Positions 51,259-64,000 of a stretch of 64,000 bases of DNA are shown here, one piece after another. The notes under the pieces are model-generated. The model was not told the DNA's origin, did no database searches, and worked only from the letters and a program-made list of their open reading frames with translations. Every line of letters starts with the position of its first letter. The first letter of the stretch is position 1. Source of the stretch: Squalus acanthias (taxonomy: Eukaryota); contig CM059427.1 of the NCBI GenBank assembly GCA_030390025.1, positions 197,098,001 through 197,162,000 on the forward strand. Reading direction: 5' to 3'. The translations under genes and the position numbers were made by a program.

Positions 51259-51689
51259 TAGTCTCGATTATGCCAGATGTGGAGATTAAATGTATTAGTG
51301 GGCATAATAGCATAACAGAAAAGAGCAACACAGAGAAGCTGTTTATCAATATCACCAAGGATACCGTTGGAGGAGAACAGAGGGCTATATTTATAATAGC
51401 AACTTTGCCATCTGGACCAAGAGCTGTGAAAATGTTATGAGACTACGAACAACAGTATAATTACCCGCCTTAGCTGGAGCAAAGTTGCGCTGTTCATGTG
51501 TAATTGTATACATGCAGTGAGCTACACTGACTCGATTCCAAATCCCAATTAAGATGAATGTCAAGAAAAAGATGATGACGTGGTTGTCTCTTTCCTAACA
51601 TTCAAAAATAAGTTTAAAAATTGTTTGGACCTTTCGAAACTTGGCTTCAAATTGCCGTGTCTTGGGATGATCTAGCTTTGTGGCAAAAG

Positions 51690-54570
51690 AAAATATTCAT
51701 TCACGGGATGTGGGCATCGCTGGCAAGACCAGCATTTATTGCCCTTCCCTAATTGCCCTTGAGAAGGTGGTGGCCTTCTTGAACCGGCATAGTCAGTGTG
51801 TTGAAGGTACTCACACAGTGCTGTTAGGTAGGCAATTCTAAGGTTTTGACCCAGCAACGATGAAGGAACAGCAATATATTTCTGAGTCAGGATGGTTTGT
51901 GACTTGGAGGGAACTTGCAGCTGGTGGTAATCACATGCACCTGCTGCACTTGTCCTTCTAGATGTTAGGGTTGGGAGGTGCTATCAAAGAAGCCTTGGCG
52001 TGTTGCTGCAGTGCTTCTTGTAGATGGTACACACTACAAACATAATACGCCAGTGGTGGAGGGAGTGAATGTTTAAGATGGTGGATGGAGTGCCAATCAA
52101 GTGTGCTTCTTTGAGCTGGGTGGTGTCGGGCTTCTTGGGTGTTGTTGGAGCTGCACTCAACAAGGCAAGTGATGAGTATTCCATTACAATCCGGCTTGTG
52201 CCTTGTGGATGGTTGAAAGGCTTTGGGAAGTCAGGAGGTGAGTCATTCAGCGCAGAATACCCAGTTTTCTAACCTGCTCTTGCAGCCACAGTATTTATGT
52301 GGCTGGTCCAGTTAAGTTTATAGTCATGGATGTTGATGGTGGAGGATTCGACTATAGAAATGTCATTGAATTTCATGGGGAGGTGGTTGTACTCTACCTT
52401 GTTGGAGATAATCATTGCCTGGCACTTGTGTGGCACGAAGGTTACTTGCCATTTATCAGCCCAAGCCTGAATGTTGTCCACTTCTTGCTGCATGCGGGCG
52501 TAGACTGCTTCATTATTTTAGGAGTTGCAAATGGAACTGAAAACTGTGCAATCATCAGCGAACATCCCCACTACTGACCTTATGATGAAGAGAAGGTCAT
52601 TGATGAAACAGTTGAAGATGGTTGGGCCTAGGACACTACCCTCAGGAACTCCTGCAGCGATGTCCTGGAGTTGAGATGATTGACCTCCAACAAGGACAAC
52701 CATCTTCCTTTCTGCTAGGTATGACTTCAGCCAGTGGAGAGTTTTCCCCCTGATTCCCATTAATTTCAATTTTACAACAGCTCCTTGATGACAAACTCGG
52801 TCAAATGCTGCCTTGATATCAACGGGAATCATTCTTTCCTCACCTCTGTAAATCAGCTCTTTGTCCATGTTTGGACCATGCCCGCATTGAGGTCTGGATC
52901 TGAGTGGTTCTGGCGGAACCCAAACTGAGCATCGGGGAGCAGGTTATTAGTGAGTAAGTGCAGCTTGATAGCGCTGTCCACGCACCCTTCCATCACTTTG
53001 CTGATGATTGAGTGACGGGGCAATAGTTGGCTGGATTGGATTTGACCTGCTTTTTGTGGACAGGACATTCCTCGGCAAATTTCCACTTTTTCGGATAGAT
53101 AACAGTGTTGTAGCTGTACTGGAATAGTTTGGCTAGAGACGCGGCTAGTTCTGGAGCACAAGTCTTCAGAACTGCAGCCGGTATGTTGTCGGGACACATA
53201 GCCTTTGCTGTATCCAGTGCAATCAAACATATCTTGATATCACGTGGAGTGAATAAAATTGGCTGAAGACTGGCTTCTGTGATGTTGGGGACCTCAGGAG
53301 GAGGCCGAGAGGAATCATCTACTCAGCACTTCTGGCTGAAGATGGTTGCAGATTTTTCAGTCTTATCTTTTAAACTGACATGCTGGGCTCTGCTTTTATT
53401 ATTGAGGATGGGGATTTTCATGGAGCATCCTCCTCCCATTAGTTTTTTAATTGTCCTCCACCATTCACCACTGGATGTGGCCGGACTGCAGAGTTTTGAT
53501 CCGTTTTTTGTGTGATCGCTTAGCTCTGTCATAGCATGCTGCTTCCGCTGTTTACCATGCATATAGTCCTGTGTTGTAGCTTCACCAGGTTGGCACCTCA
53601 TTTATAGGTACGCCTGGTGCTGTTGCTGGCATGCACTTCTACACTCCTCATTCCCATCAACCCAGGGGACCAACCCTGGTTCAATGGTAAAGTAAGGGAT
53701 TTGCCGGGCCATGAGGTTACAGTTCTGGTAGAATACAAATCTGCTACTGCTGATTGACAAACAGTGCCTCATGGATGCCCAGTTTTCAGCTGCTAGATCT
53801 GTTCTGAATCTATCTGATTTAGCACGGTGGTACTGCCACATAACATGATGGAGGTTGCTGTCAGTATGAAGATGGGACTTCATCTTCACAAGGACTGTAC
53901 TGTGGTCACTCCTACCAATACTGTCGTGGACAGATACATCTGCGACAGGTAGATTAGTGAGGACGAGTTTACATAGGTTTTTCCATCGTGTTGTTTCTCT
54001 CACCACCTACCGCAAGCCCAGTCTGGCAGCTATATCCTTCAGGAGGCAGTCAACTCGGCCAGTAGTGGTGCTACTGAGCCACTATTGGTAATGGACATTG
54101 AAATCCTCCACCAAGAGTACATTCATCAGCACTTGCTGGCCTCAGCGCGTCTTCCAAGTGGTATCCAAGAGGAATATAGCTGGTTCATCAGCTAAGCAAG
54201 GGCGGTAGGTAGTGATCAGCAGGAGCTTTCTTTGCCCTTGTTTGACTGATGCCATGAGACTTCATAGGGTCCAGAGTCAATATTAAGGATTCCCAGGGCC
54301 ACTCCCCCCCCCCCCCGACTGTGTACTGCTGTGCTGCCACCTCTGGTGGGACTGTCCGGCTGGTGGGACAGGACATAACCAGGGATGGTGATGGAGGAAT
54401 CTGAGACGTTTGCTGAAAGTTATGATTCCGTGAGTATGACTATGTCAGGCAGTTGCTTGTCTAGTCTGTGGGACAGCTCTCCCAATTTTGGCACAAGTCA
54501 CCAGATGTTGGTGACGAGGGCTTTGCAGTGTCGACTGGGCTGTGTGTGCCTTTGTCGTGTCCAAATCAGA
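51690..54570 (-). mobile_element. Family B LINE, long decayed copy (APE + RT)
   Basis: DIKAAFDRV, GVPEGSVLGPTIF and FADD on the minus strand. 3' tail at ~51690. Confidence 0.9.
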
Positions 54571-54719
54571 TGAGTAGGTCACTACCCCCTGCAGCTGGTT
54601 TTGCAACTCTTGCATGAGTGCGTCTCAGCAGACATCCAAATTACACTGCTCAGTTTGCTTAATACCAAGCAGCAACCAACTGGCATCCATACAGAGTTAT
54701 TTTGCATAACTAGGTTATA

Positions 54720-54897
54720 ATCCTTCATCGTCACTGGGTCAAAATCCCTAACAGCACTGTGGAAGTACCTTCACCACACGGACTGCAGCGGTTCAAGAAG
54801 GTGGCTCACCACCACCTTCTCTAGGGCAATTAGGCTTGGGCAATAAATGCTGGCCTTGCAAGCAACGCCCACCTCCCATAAACGAATAACAAAAAAA
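54720..54897 (+). mobile_element. Family B 3' tail fragment
   Basis: GGGCAATAAATGCTGGCCTTGC...GAATAACAAAAAAA, as at 3560-3622. Confidence 0.8.
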
Positions 54898-55340
54898 TAC
54901 TGACTGAAGTTACCCCTTAGCAACTGACTTGCTGCCTGCATGGAAGATTCTCCGACCTATTTGAACATGAGAGCGAATCACTAATACAGATTCAAAACAC
55001 AAATTCACTCAAAACGTATTTTTCCACCTCTACCCGGGTAGGTTAACCTATAGTTGATTGTCAGTTCTTTGCCTCAATTATTATATTACTGGAAAGTTGT
55101 TAATGAATCATAGATCTTCTGCTGTTCTGCGAATAATGACAATCAGATCTTTTGATCCACAGGATTAAGATACAGATGACACGGATGGTACATAATTCAC
55201 TGAAGGTTTGTGTCTTTGCCACCATCGGATGTGCTGCGGATTATTCCTATCTAAAGATGATTCGAATAAATGCTATGTTCTATGATCATTCTTTTTAATG
55301 AAATGTACAACATACATTAGAAGTACATTTTAATGTATTT

Positions 55341-55359
55341 TGGTCCCTTAGATGGCAGA
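55341..55359 (+). promoter_or_regulatory. Candidate CTCF site
   Basis: TGGTCCCTTAGATGGCAGA resembles the CTCF core CCACTAGATGGCAG and lies in non-repetitive DNA. Confidence 0.45.
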
Positions 55360-55994
55360 AGAAGTGTCGTTAGTTTCATTCCTTGCTAACACATCAGGGT
55401 ATAATGCAGCAAATTAATTGTCATAACTGTTCAATAATGTAAAAACTTGTGGCTGACAAAAAATAACTCACCGTCTTTAATATCATCCAAATAAAACACT
55501 GTTGTTAAATATAAACTCCAAATAAACCAGTTATGGTATATACTTAAAACACTGTAATTTACATTAACATAATGAATAGTATATAGCAGGACTTCTATAC
55601 CGTAAAATATTTTCAATAACATACTTTAAGTGCAACGTTTTACCTATGGCTTTTTTGGCACTACGCACAGCTCAATTGTATTATCTTGTAACTGTTAAAT
55701 ATATGTATAAAACAGGAACAATCTAGATATATAATTGTCAGACTAAGTTACTACCCAAGTAATAATTAAAGTTATGTTTGCAATTAACTGTATAATGCAC
55801 GAGACCGAAATACAACCCATTTAGTCAAAAACGTTCTCTTAGATGAAGGGTAGTTGACGCTTGGGCTGACATGCATAGTTAAATAAACAAAAAGGGGCTC
55901 AATGTTGGCTTAAAACACAAATGGAAACCTAAAAGTAAAGAAGTAAATCTGTGCAATTGAACAAGACTAAACATTGGAGAAACAATTGTCTCAC

Positions 55995-58553
55995 CTGACT
56001 GGGTATATTTCCATCCCACTCACGAGATTTAATGGCTTCGGCTTTGAAATTGGACGTTGACAGATCGTTGTTTAAAGTTTTTGGTGCATGTCCATTCCGT
56101 TTGACCCCACCTGTGTCAGTAGTGCTGGTCCCGACCTTCGGTTTTGCTGGACTGTACGGTTTGAGGAAAGTAAAATCACTCTTGGCAGATTCGGGAGTCA
56201 AACACACCTTGTAATAATAGGTGTGTGAGATGGGCCCACTTCCAGCTACCTCTAAAAAGTCAGGAGGCACTTTAGAATTCGTCGTTACTTGGAGGTTTAT
56301 TTTAGATGTTTTCAAAGTGTCTGCCGAATTCAAATGTTGAAGACAACAGCAATTCCCGAAAGGTGTGCTGCAACCGTGGATATTATTTCTGCATTGGTGG
56401 CATTTGATGGCAGCGATGATAATTATGGCCACAATGAATAGAATGGAAATGGACCCTAAGGTGATAATTAAGTAAAATGTCACGGCTGAATTGTGCTCTG
56501 TATTTTCAGACAAGTCGCTGATTTCAGGCAGAATTTCCGTAATGCTGTCCATTATTGAAAATATGATGGTGACTGTGGCTGAAAGCGGCGTTTGTCCGTT
56601 ATCTTTCACAAGGATGAGAAGCGTTTGCTTAGGGACGTCTCTGTCCCCGAAACGCCGGGTTGTCCTTATTTCTCCTGTATAGAGCGCTACGTTGAACAGA
56701 GTAGGATCTGTTGCCTGCAGTAACTGATAGGAGAGCTTTGCATTCTGCCCAGAATCCGCATCTGTAGCAATGACTTTGGTCATTAATTGGCCCGGATCCA
56801 CAGATTGTGGCACGGTCTGCAGGGCAACTGAACCATTATTTGGCCTTGGGGACACAATGACGGGAACGTTATCATTCTGATCCAAGATAATCACATTTAC
56901 TTTAGCAGTGCCACTGAGTGGTGGAAATCCAGCATCCTGAGCTTGGATCTGGATTTGGAAATCTTTAAGTTGCTCGTAGTCAAAAGAGCGTAATGCGTAA
57001 ACTTTACCGTTATCCGAGTTGATAGAAACGTAGGTTCTAGAAGGTAATCCTTGGATCATGCGGTCGAGGATAGAATACGACAAATAGGCGTTTTGATTCG
57101 AATCAGGGTCCAATGCTGTCACGGAGCAAACAGTAGCACCCGGTGCATTGTTTTCCGTGACATATACTGTATAGGAAGGTTTTGAAAATCTTGGTGCGTT
57201 GTCATTCACGTCTGAAACCTTCAGAAATATAGACTTGTTGGTATAAAGCGAAGGATATCCCGCGTCAATGGCCGTAATTGTGATGTTGTACTCTGGTACT
57301 CTTTCACGGTCCAGGAGGTCGGTGGTCACTAATGTGTAATAGTTCTTAAAGGACGATTGAAGTGTAAATGGGACGTCCTTAGAGATCTCACAGTTGATCT
57401 GCCCATTCTTTCCAGAATCTTGGTCTGTAACACTAATGAGAGCAATTACTGTCCCGGCCATGGCGTCTTCCATGACTGGGCTTGTCAATGAAGTCAGGAT
57501 CACTTCAGGCGCATTATCATTTACATCAACTATATCTACTAGAACTTTGCAATGCACAGGTATTGCATATGGACCACCTTTATCCTTGGCTTGTATATAG
57601 ATTTCATAAATATTCAATTCTTCGTGATCTATAACACTTTTAACTCTAATCTCGCCTGTATGGGAATCCACATTAAACAGTTCATGCACTCTAGGTGGAG
57701 TATGACTACTAAAAGAATATACGATCTCACTGTTAGAGCCTTCATCTAAATCGCTGGCGTTCAATTTTAATACCAATGTCCCCTTGGGTGCATTTTCTTC
57801 CAAGGAAACCTTGTAAATTGTCTGTTCGAAGACAGGTAGGTTGTCATTGGCGTCTAAGACAATGACAGAGATCAGGGCAGTGCCAGACCGAACTGGGATT
57901 CCACCGTCAACCGCTGTCAGAACTAATTGATGGATCTGTTGATGCTCTCGGTCTAGTGTTTTCTCCAACACCAACTCTGCAAATTTGCTACGATCGCTCC
58001 GCGTCTCTACATCCAGGATAAAATGTTCGTTTGGACTTAGCCTGTAGGTGCGGATAGAGTTAGTACCCACATCTGGGTCGTGGGCACTCTCGAGAGGGAA
58101 ACGCGTGCCCGGCAAAGCCGATTCTATAATTTCCAAAGAGAGATACTTCTTCAAGAAAGTTGGGGGGTTATCATTTACATCCAGAATCTCCACTTCAATA
58201 CGGTACAGTTCGAGAGGATTCTCGATAACAACTTCCAGATGCAGAAAGCAAGTAAAGCTCAGACCACAGAGCTGCTCTCTGTCTATTTTTTCATTCACGA
58301 ACAAAATCCCGTTGCCCAAATTTACCTCCAAATACTGTTTTGGGGCACCAGAAACGATGCGCAGTCTTCTGGCTGATAGCTTACGAACATCTAAACCCAA
58401 ATCGTCAGCAACATTCCCAACAAAAGCGCCGTGCTTTAGTTCTTCGGGAATTGTATAGCGAATCTGTCCAGAAATCAAATCAGTAAAACAGGCCACCGCA
58501 ATAAAGCATAGCACTTGCCTTGTTAGTGTCCACGATCTCTTTCCAGTCATCAT
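55995..58553 (-). CDS. Protocadherin large first/variable exon (853 codons; clustered-Pcdh or PCDH10-like)
   Basis: The first in-frame ATG is at 58553 (the ORF track starts at a TTG). Signal peptide, then QIRYTIPEE, six EC repeats (DRE/DYE, DxNDNxP, AxDxG), TM YLIITLGSISILFIVAIIIIAAI and tail YKVCLTPESAKSDFTFLKP. Phase-0 donor CAG|GTGAGA at 55995/55994. Confidence 0.95.
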
Positions 58554-58894
58554 TTCCACGGCAGTCCGGGACAGATATTCCAGCCTTCTGAATACTATTG
58601 TCAGAATTTGAGGGAAAAAATCACGGGCAGAACTTATTGGTTGATAACTTATTCCAATGGCCGATACATTAATGCATGTAATCTTCAGATTTCTTACATA
58701 GTTCCAGTAAAATATTTCCTCCAAGCGAAATGTTCCCTTTTCATTCGAGCCTTGTTCCCATCTGCTCTCAACGTGGACAGTGGTACAGTAATCTGCAATT
58801 CCGATGTTGTACTTTAGTTAGCACAGCGCGCTGTGTGTGTGTATGTGGAGGTGGCTTCTTTGTGTGGAGGGTGCGAAGGCTCTCCGCTCTCACT

Positions 58895-58936
58895 TCAGCA
58901 CTCAGTGGCGGACAGCAACAGCGAGAAATACAGCGC
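58895..58936 (-). promoter_or_regulatory. Candidate protocadherin CSE (CGCT box) / CTCF promoter site
   Basis: Minus strand CGCTGTTGCTGTCCGCCACTGAGTGCTGA about 345 bp upstream of the ATG: CGCTG followed by a CTCF-core-like sequence (12/19 to consensus). Confidence 0.5.
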
Positions 58937-59677
58937 GAGTAACGTTTGATATATCTTAAAGACACAGTACCCTGTAAAATGCTGTTGTAACAAGATACCA
59001 AGATTCTGTCTTCTGTTTCTAGTTTTCAAAAATCAACAAATTATTTCATGCTCCGAGATGCTTAATGTTCGAATCCCCAGAATTATGCATTGTGAAATAT
59101 TACAGAATATCTTCCTCTCTCTTCTTCCCATGTGCTTTAAATGCAGATTATTCGAATTTCTGTTTTCCATATATAATGCCCTCTGAGGATATTATCTTGT
59201 TACTGATGTACACAGAAACACTGACACACTCTTGCTAATGACCTATTTTTCTACAGAAATAAGCGTATTTCACGTGTAGGAAAATCGAGCTCCTCGAGAT
59301 GGACAATCAGCTGATACGTACAATGTGGGAAGAAAATCGTTACTATTACATTTACAAACATTCTGCATAATCGGCAGTATTCTGATGTTTTTAAATTTGT
59401 AGTTAACTTACTAAACTCATTATTGTGCACTCGCGTGAAAACTGCCTTCCGGAGTTCCCACTGAATGTCCAAACCTAATGAGCCGTGAAATATTCTTCAA
59501 TGGACCTTCGGCAGAATTCCCGAAGGGACCAGAATTAATTCTGCACTGAGCACGAGATAATAAGCACTATCATTTTTTTCAGCATATATTGGTTGCATTA
59601 TTTAGACACGCAGATTACAGTCGTGTTTACTGAAATGTATATACAAATCCATTGTACTATTACAAAAACAAAAAACA

Positions 59678-60382
59678 AATAGAAAAATAGGAGCAGGAGT
59701 AGACCATTCGGGCCTTCGAACCTGTTCCGCCATTCAATATGATCATGGCTGATCCTCTATCTTAATATCATATTCCCGCTCTCTCCCCACACACCTTGAT
59801 GCCTTTTGTGTCTAGAAATCTATCTATCTCCTTAAATATATTCAGTGACTTGGCCTCCACAACCTTGTGTGGCCAAGAATTCCACTGGCTCACCACCCTC
59901 TGAGTGAAGACATTTCTCCACATCTCAGTCCTAAATGTCCTACCCCATATCCTGAGACTGTGACCCCTCGTTCTAGACCCCCAGCCAGGGGAAACATCCT
60001 CCCTGCATCCAGTCTGTTTAGCCCTGTCAGAGTTATATACGTTTCAATGAGATCCCCTACTCATTCTTCTAAACACTCGTGGATACAGGCCTAGTCGACC
60101 CAATCTCTCCTCATACGACAGTACTGCCATCCCAGGAATCAGTCTGCTGAACCTTCGCTGCACTCCCTCTATGGCAAGTATATCCTTTCTTAGGTAAGGA
60201 GACCAAAACTGTGCACAGTACTCCAGGTGTGGTCTCACCAAGGTCCTGTATAACTGTAGTAAGACATCCTTGTTCCTGTACTCAAATCCTCTTGCAATGA
60301 AGGCCAACATACCATTTGCCTTCCTTACTGCTTGCTGCACCTGCATGTTTGCTTTCAGTGACTGCTGTACAAGGACACCCAT
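59678..60382 (-). mobile_element. CR1 3' fragment
   Basis: Closely resembles the reverse complement of 29343-30050. Confidence 0.9.
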
Positions 60383-60423
60383 GAGGTAGAGCATATATAG
60401 TTAGAAGGAGTGATAGAAAACAG

Positions 60424-60609
60424 NNNNNNNNNNNNNNNNNNNNNNNNNNNNNNNNNNNNNNNNNNNNNNNNNNNNNNNNNNNNNNNNNNNNNNNNNNNNN
60501 NNNNNNNNNNNNNNNNNNNNNNNNNNNNNNNNNNNNNNNNNNNNNNNNNNNNNNNNNNNNNNNNNNNNNNNNNNNNNNNNNNNNNNNNNNNNNNNNNNNN
60601 NNNNNNNNN
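60424..60609. other. Assembly gap (186 N)
   Basis: Run of N. Confidence 1.
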
Positions 60610-60679
60610 GTAGTAAGGCAGGGAATGTAAATTCAAAATCAACTTCTCGCGTAATGATAGTTACCCAAAGCTGTCATAC

Positions 60680-61668
60680 AATCATAGAATCATAGAAGAT
60701 AGGAGCAGGAGTAGGCCATTCAGCCCCTCTAGCCTGCTCTGCCATTCAATGCGATCATGGCTGATCATCCAAACTCAGTACCCTGTACCTGCTTTCTCCC
60801 CATATCCCTTGATCCCTCTAGCCTTAAGAAATATATCCAACTCCTTCTTGAATATATTTAATGAATTGGCCTCTACTGCCTTCTGTGGCAGAGAATTTCA
60901 CAGGTTCACCACTCTCTGGGTGAAGAAATTCCTCCTCATTTCTGTCCCAAATGGCTTACCCCTTATCCTTAGACTGTGACCCCTGGTTCTGGACTCCCCG
61001 ACCATCGGGAACATCCTTCCTGCATCTAGTTTGTCCTGTCCTGTCAGAATTTTATAAGTTTCAATGAGATCCCCTCTCATTCTTCTAAACTCCAGCGAGT
61101 ATAAGCCCAATCGACCCAATCTCTCTTCATACGTCATTCCTGCCATCCCAGGTATCAGCCTTGTGAATCTTCGCTGAACTCCTTCCATGGCAAGAACATC
61201 CTTCCTCAGATAAGGCGACAAAAACTGCACACAGTACTCAAGGTGTGGTGTCACCAAGGCCCTGTACAACTGCAGCAAGACATCCTTGTTCCTGTACTCA
61301 AACTCTCTCGCTATGAAGGCCAACATACCATTTGCCTTCTTCACCGCCTGCTGCACCTGCATGCTTACCTTCAGCGACTGGTGCACAAGGACACCCAGGT
61401 GTCGTTGCACTTCCCCTTCTCCCAATCTATTGCCATTCAGATAATAATCTGCCTTCCTGTTTTTGACACCAAAGTGGATAACCTCTCATTTATCCACGTT
61501 ATATTGCATCTGCCACGCTTCTGCCCAATCACCCAACCTGTCCAAATCATCCTGGAGTTTCTCTGCATCCTCCTTGCAGCACACACGCTCACCCAGTTTT
61601 GTGTCATCTGCAAACTTGGAGATATTACATCTAGTTCCCTTGTCTAGATCATTAATATATATTGTCAA
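60680..61668 (-). mobile_element. 5'-truncated CR1, same subfamily as 1-1278
   Basis: Translated ORFs 60898-61668 are nearly identical to the ORF at 2..1177. Confidence 0.93.
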
Positions 61669-62295
61669 TATGGGGAAACTGTTAGCAGAGACAGCAATAC
61701 AATATGAGTGGCATAGATATGCGAAAGAAGTAAAGCATTCACTTTCCTCCCAGAATATAATTCATAAAATTTTAAATGTAAACATGTGCTCCAACCGAAC
61801 ACTTGTCAGGCTTGCATGCCAAGCGAGGTCCATTCTCAACTACAACCAAAATATGCAGACAATATTTAGACATAAATGAATCGCAGGTAACTACTAGTTG
61901 TGTAACAGCCTTTGAGACTCTTCATAACACACATTTTGTGTTAATTAATTGACCTTAGAACCAATAAAAGAGGTCAATTGATGGAATGGAGCTACGCAAA
62001 ATTTTCCAAAACTTGCCTAAAAGTGAGTACATTTTTGTCTGAACAGATGCCTGTTTCCTCTCTACGGATTGCTGCTGCACGGGACGTAAGAGAAAACGTT
62101 TGTTAACTTAACATATTGGAATATAGCACAATCAACCTTTTACGTTTGCATTGAATAAGTTCTCATAATCGCAGTTCTCTGTTAACCAAGTTATTTCCAG
62201 ACAGGAAGTGGTTGAACAGGGGCAAGTTTGCAAAACAAACATATATTTTTGACCACAATGTTCATCTGTTGAAACTCCTTGGCTGGAATCTGATG

Positions 62296-62344
<49 letters not shown>

Positions 62345-62352
62345 GTATATAT
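62296..62352. repeat. (CA)n(TA)n microsatellite
   Basis: Direct reading. Confidence 0.95.
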
Positions 62353-64000
62353 TGCCTTAGAACCATGGTCTTAGCAAGATTTGCAACACGGGTTCCCATG
62401 GAAACAAAACGATCAGGCCTCTTATCATTTGTGTCCTGGGGTGGTGTATAAGGAAAGTAGGTGCTGTGAGCGAAATTAATTTGAGGGGGTGGGGGGGCGG
62501 TGGGGTGGTGAATATCAAGAGACACGAAGCAAGACATGAGGTTGTGAAGAAAGTCTGAAGACTTAGCGTAAAATTATCCAGGGAAAGGCTCCCTCCACTA
62601 ATTGAACGGTACAAGCAGCTGAAGTTGTGTCTCTTGGTGCTGCAATTGATCCATAATGCCACTAGCAAGAAAAATAATTCCCCGAGGTATGAAGGGATTG
62701 GACACAATAGTTACATAAAATACAGACGGTAGCTCTGAATGGAATATAGTGAGATGCAGGCTTGAATAAAAAACCTGAAATCCTTTTGAACTGGAACTTG
62801 AGCTGGCTTAAATATGAGAACTCAGCCCTAAAGGTAAAAATCTGAAATGTGCTTGGCTGAGCCAGGGGATTAGAGAGGAGCTGGGAGTTTTTCTCTAGAG
62901 CTTGTAAAATGCATCTTTGTGAAATGCCTGACAGGGATCTTGAAGTCTGTGTGCAAAAGTTAGATACATTTTCTTTAACTGCATGCTCTTCAAATACCAG
63001 ATATTTCTGTGTTTTTTTCTCTCTTTAGTGCGTAGCAGAGGAGTATGGATTGACAAAGCCCATGTTCTGCGACATGTTAGCTGAGCATGGCATGCCAAAG
63101 TAGAACGGTTTAGAGTTGATCTCAGTGTTCCTGGTTAAGAAGGGGAAACCGCTATCTAGTAAGCTGATTGGTTTGGTATGTTGCCCTTCCCCCCTCCCAC
63201 TGCCACAATCGAATAGCCTGCAAACGCTCAATGTCAAGACTCACAAGTATATAATGGTCACTTGCGTGAAGGAATGAAGGCGAGGCCAGTTGGTGCCCAC
63301 GAAACTGTAACTCAGCAAGGTGCCAATGTGTTCAGAAAACAATGGTGGACAAAATTGTTAACTCTGCATTAAATCCCATCCACCCACCCTGCACACAGAT
63401 AAGATAGGTCGCATTTAAATTACTGGCATTGTAATTGCTCATTGGCTGGAAGTTACACGTTGCAACATTATTTTAATTTACTACACAAGATTTTAAAATC
63501 TAATGGTCGCTCTTGCATTTAAATGGTTTAGCTTAACTGTACAACAGACAAGAAATGTAATACATTGCTGCTGAAATTTCAACGCGCTTAGATTCATCTC
63601 ATCAACTTGATAGGAAGTTGATTCACTCATTACAACGTAAAAGAAATTGAAAAGTGGAATGGGCTTGGGCCCATGAAGCTGGTTCTTTCACGGACCGTTT
63701 GAGGATGTAATCTGCCATATCACGGACTCAACTCGACTTGTTTAATTTCTTGAAGGTGAGTGTCAGCCCGGCTCAGTGGTAGTACTGTCACGTATAAGCA
63801 TCTGAATTCCTTCCCTTCGTGGTGCGGATGTGGCACACCAATGCCTTTATCTGGGTGCATTGGGCAGAATTTTGGACGAGACTTGGAAACACGAAGTCCC
63901 CACTCGCTGCCCCCTTCTAATCCTAGTGAATTTGTGAGTGGGCACTTCACGCGTCAGTCTACAACTGGGCAGGCGTATTATAGCACCATTCAAACGAGGG

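Noticed and set aside
55929-55994. C-terminal VRQLFLQ... of the protocadherin ORF
   Set aside because: Read-through past a good GTGAGA donor, so probably intronic. An unspliced isoform cannot be excluded.
58554-58724. N-terminal extension of the 931-aa ORF
   Set aside because: It begins at TTG. The first ATG, followed by a signal peptide, is at 58553.
60355-60642. ORFs spanning the N run
   Set aside because: Artefacts of the assembly gap.

Overview
Eukaryotic, repeat-dense genomic DNA. The repeat families (HER1-type CR1 LINEs, HE1 V-SINEs, DeuSINEs, Penelope-like elements) point to a cartilaginous fish (inference). The only host gene I can support is one large intact protocadherin first/variable exon on the minus strand (55995-58553: signal peptide, six cadherin repeats, TM, variable cytoplasmic tail). 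It ends at a phase-0 GT donor and has a candidate CGCT/CTCF promoter element. Everything downstream of it (1-55994) looks like a transposon-filled intron with no further exon recognised. That region holds many CR1 copies, a second LINE family, a full-length RTE with a 19-bp tandem array in its 5' end, a decayed two-gene Harbinger element with many probable MITE derivatives, a hAT shell full of nested insertions, a Penelope fragment with a minimal hammerhead ribozyme, and degenerate telomeric repeats. There is a 186-N assembly gap. I did not find a convincingly new biological system. The best leads are the unusual element architectures and the possible protocadherin regulatory layout. All alignments were done by eye, so boundaries are approximate unless a TSD or TIR is quoted.
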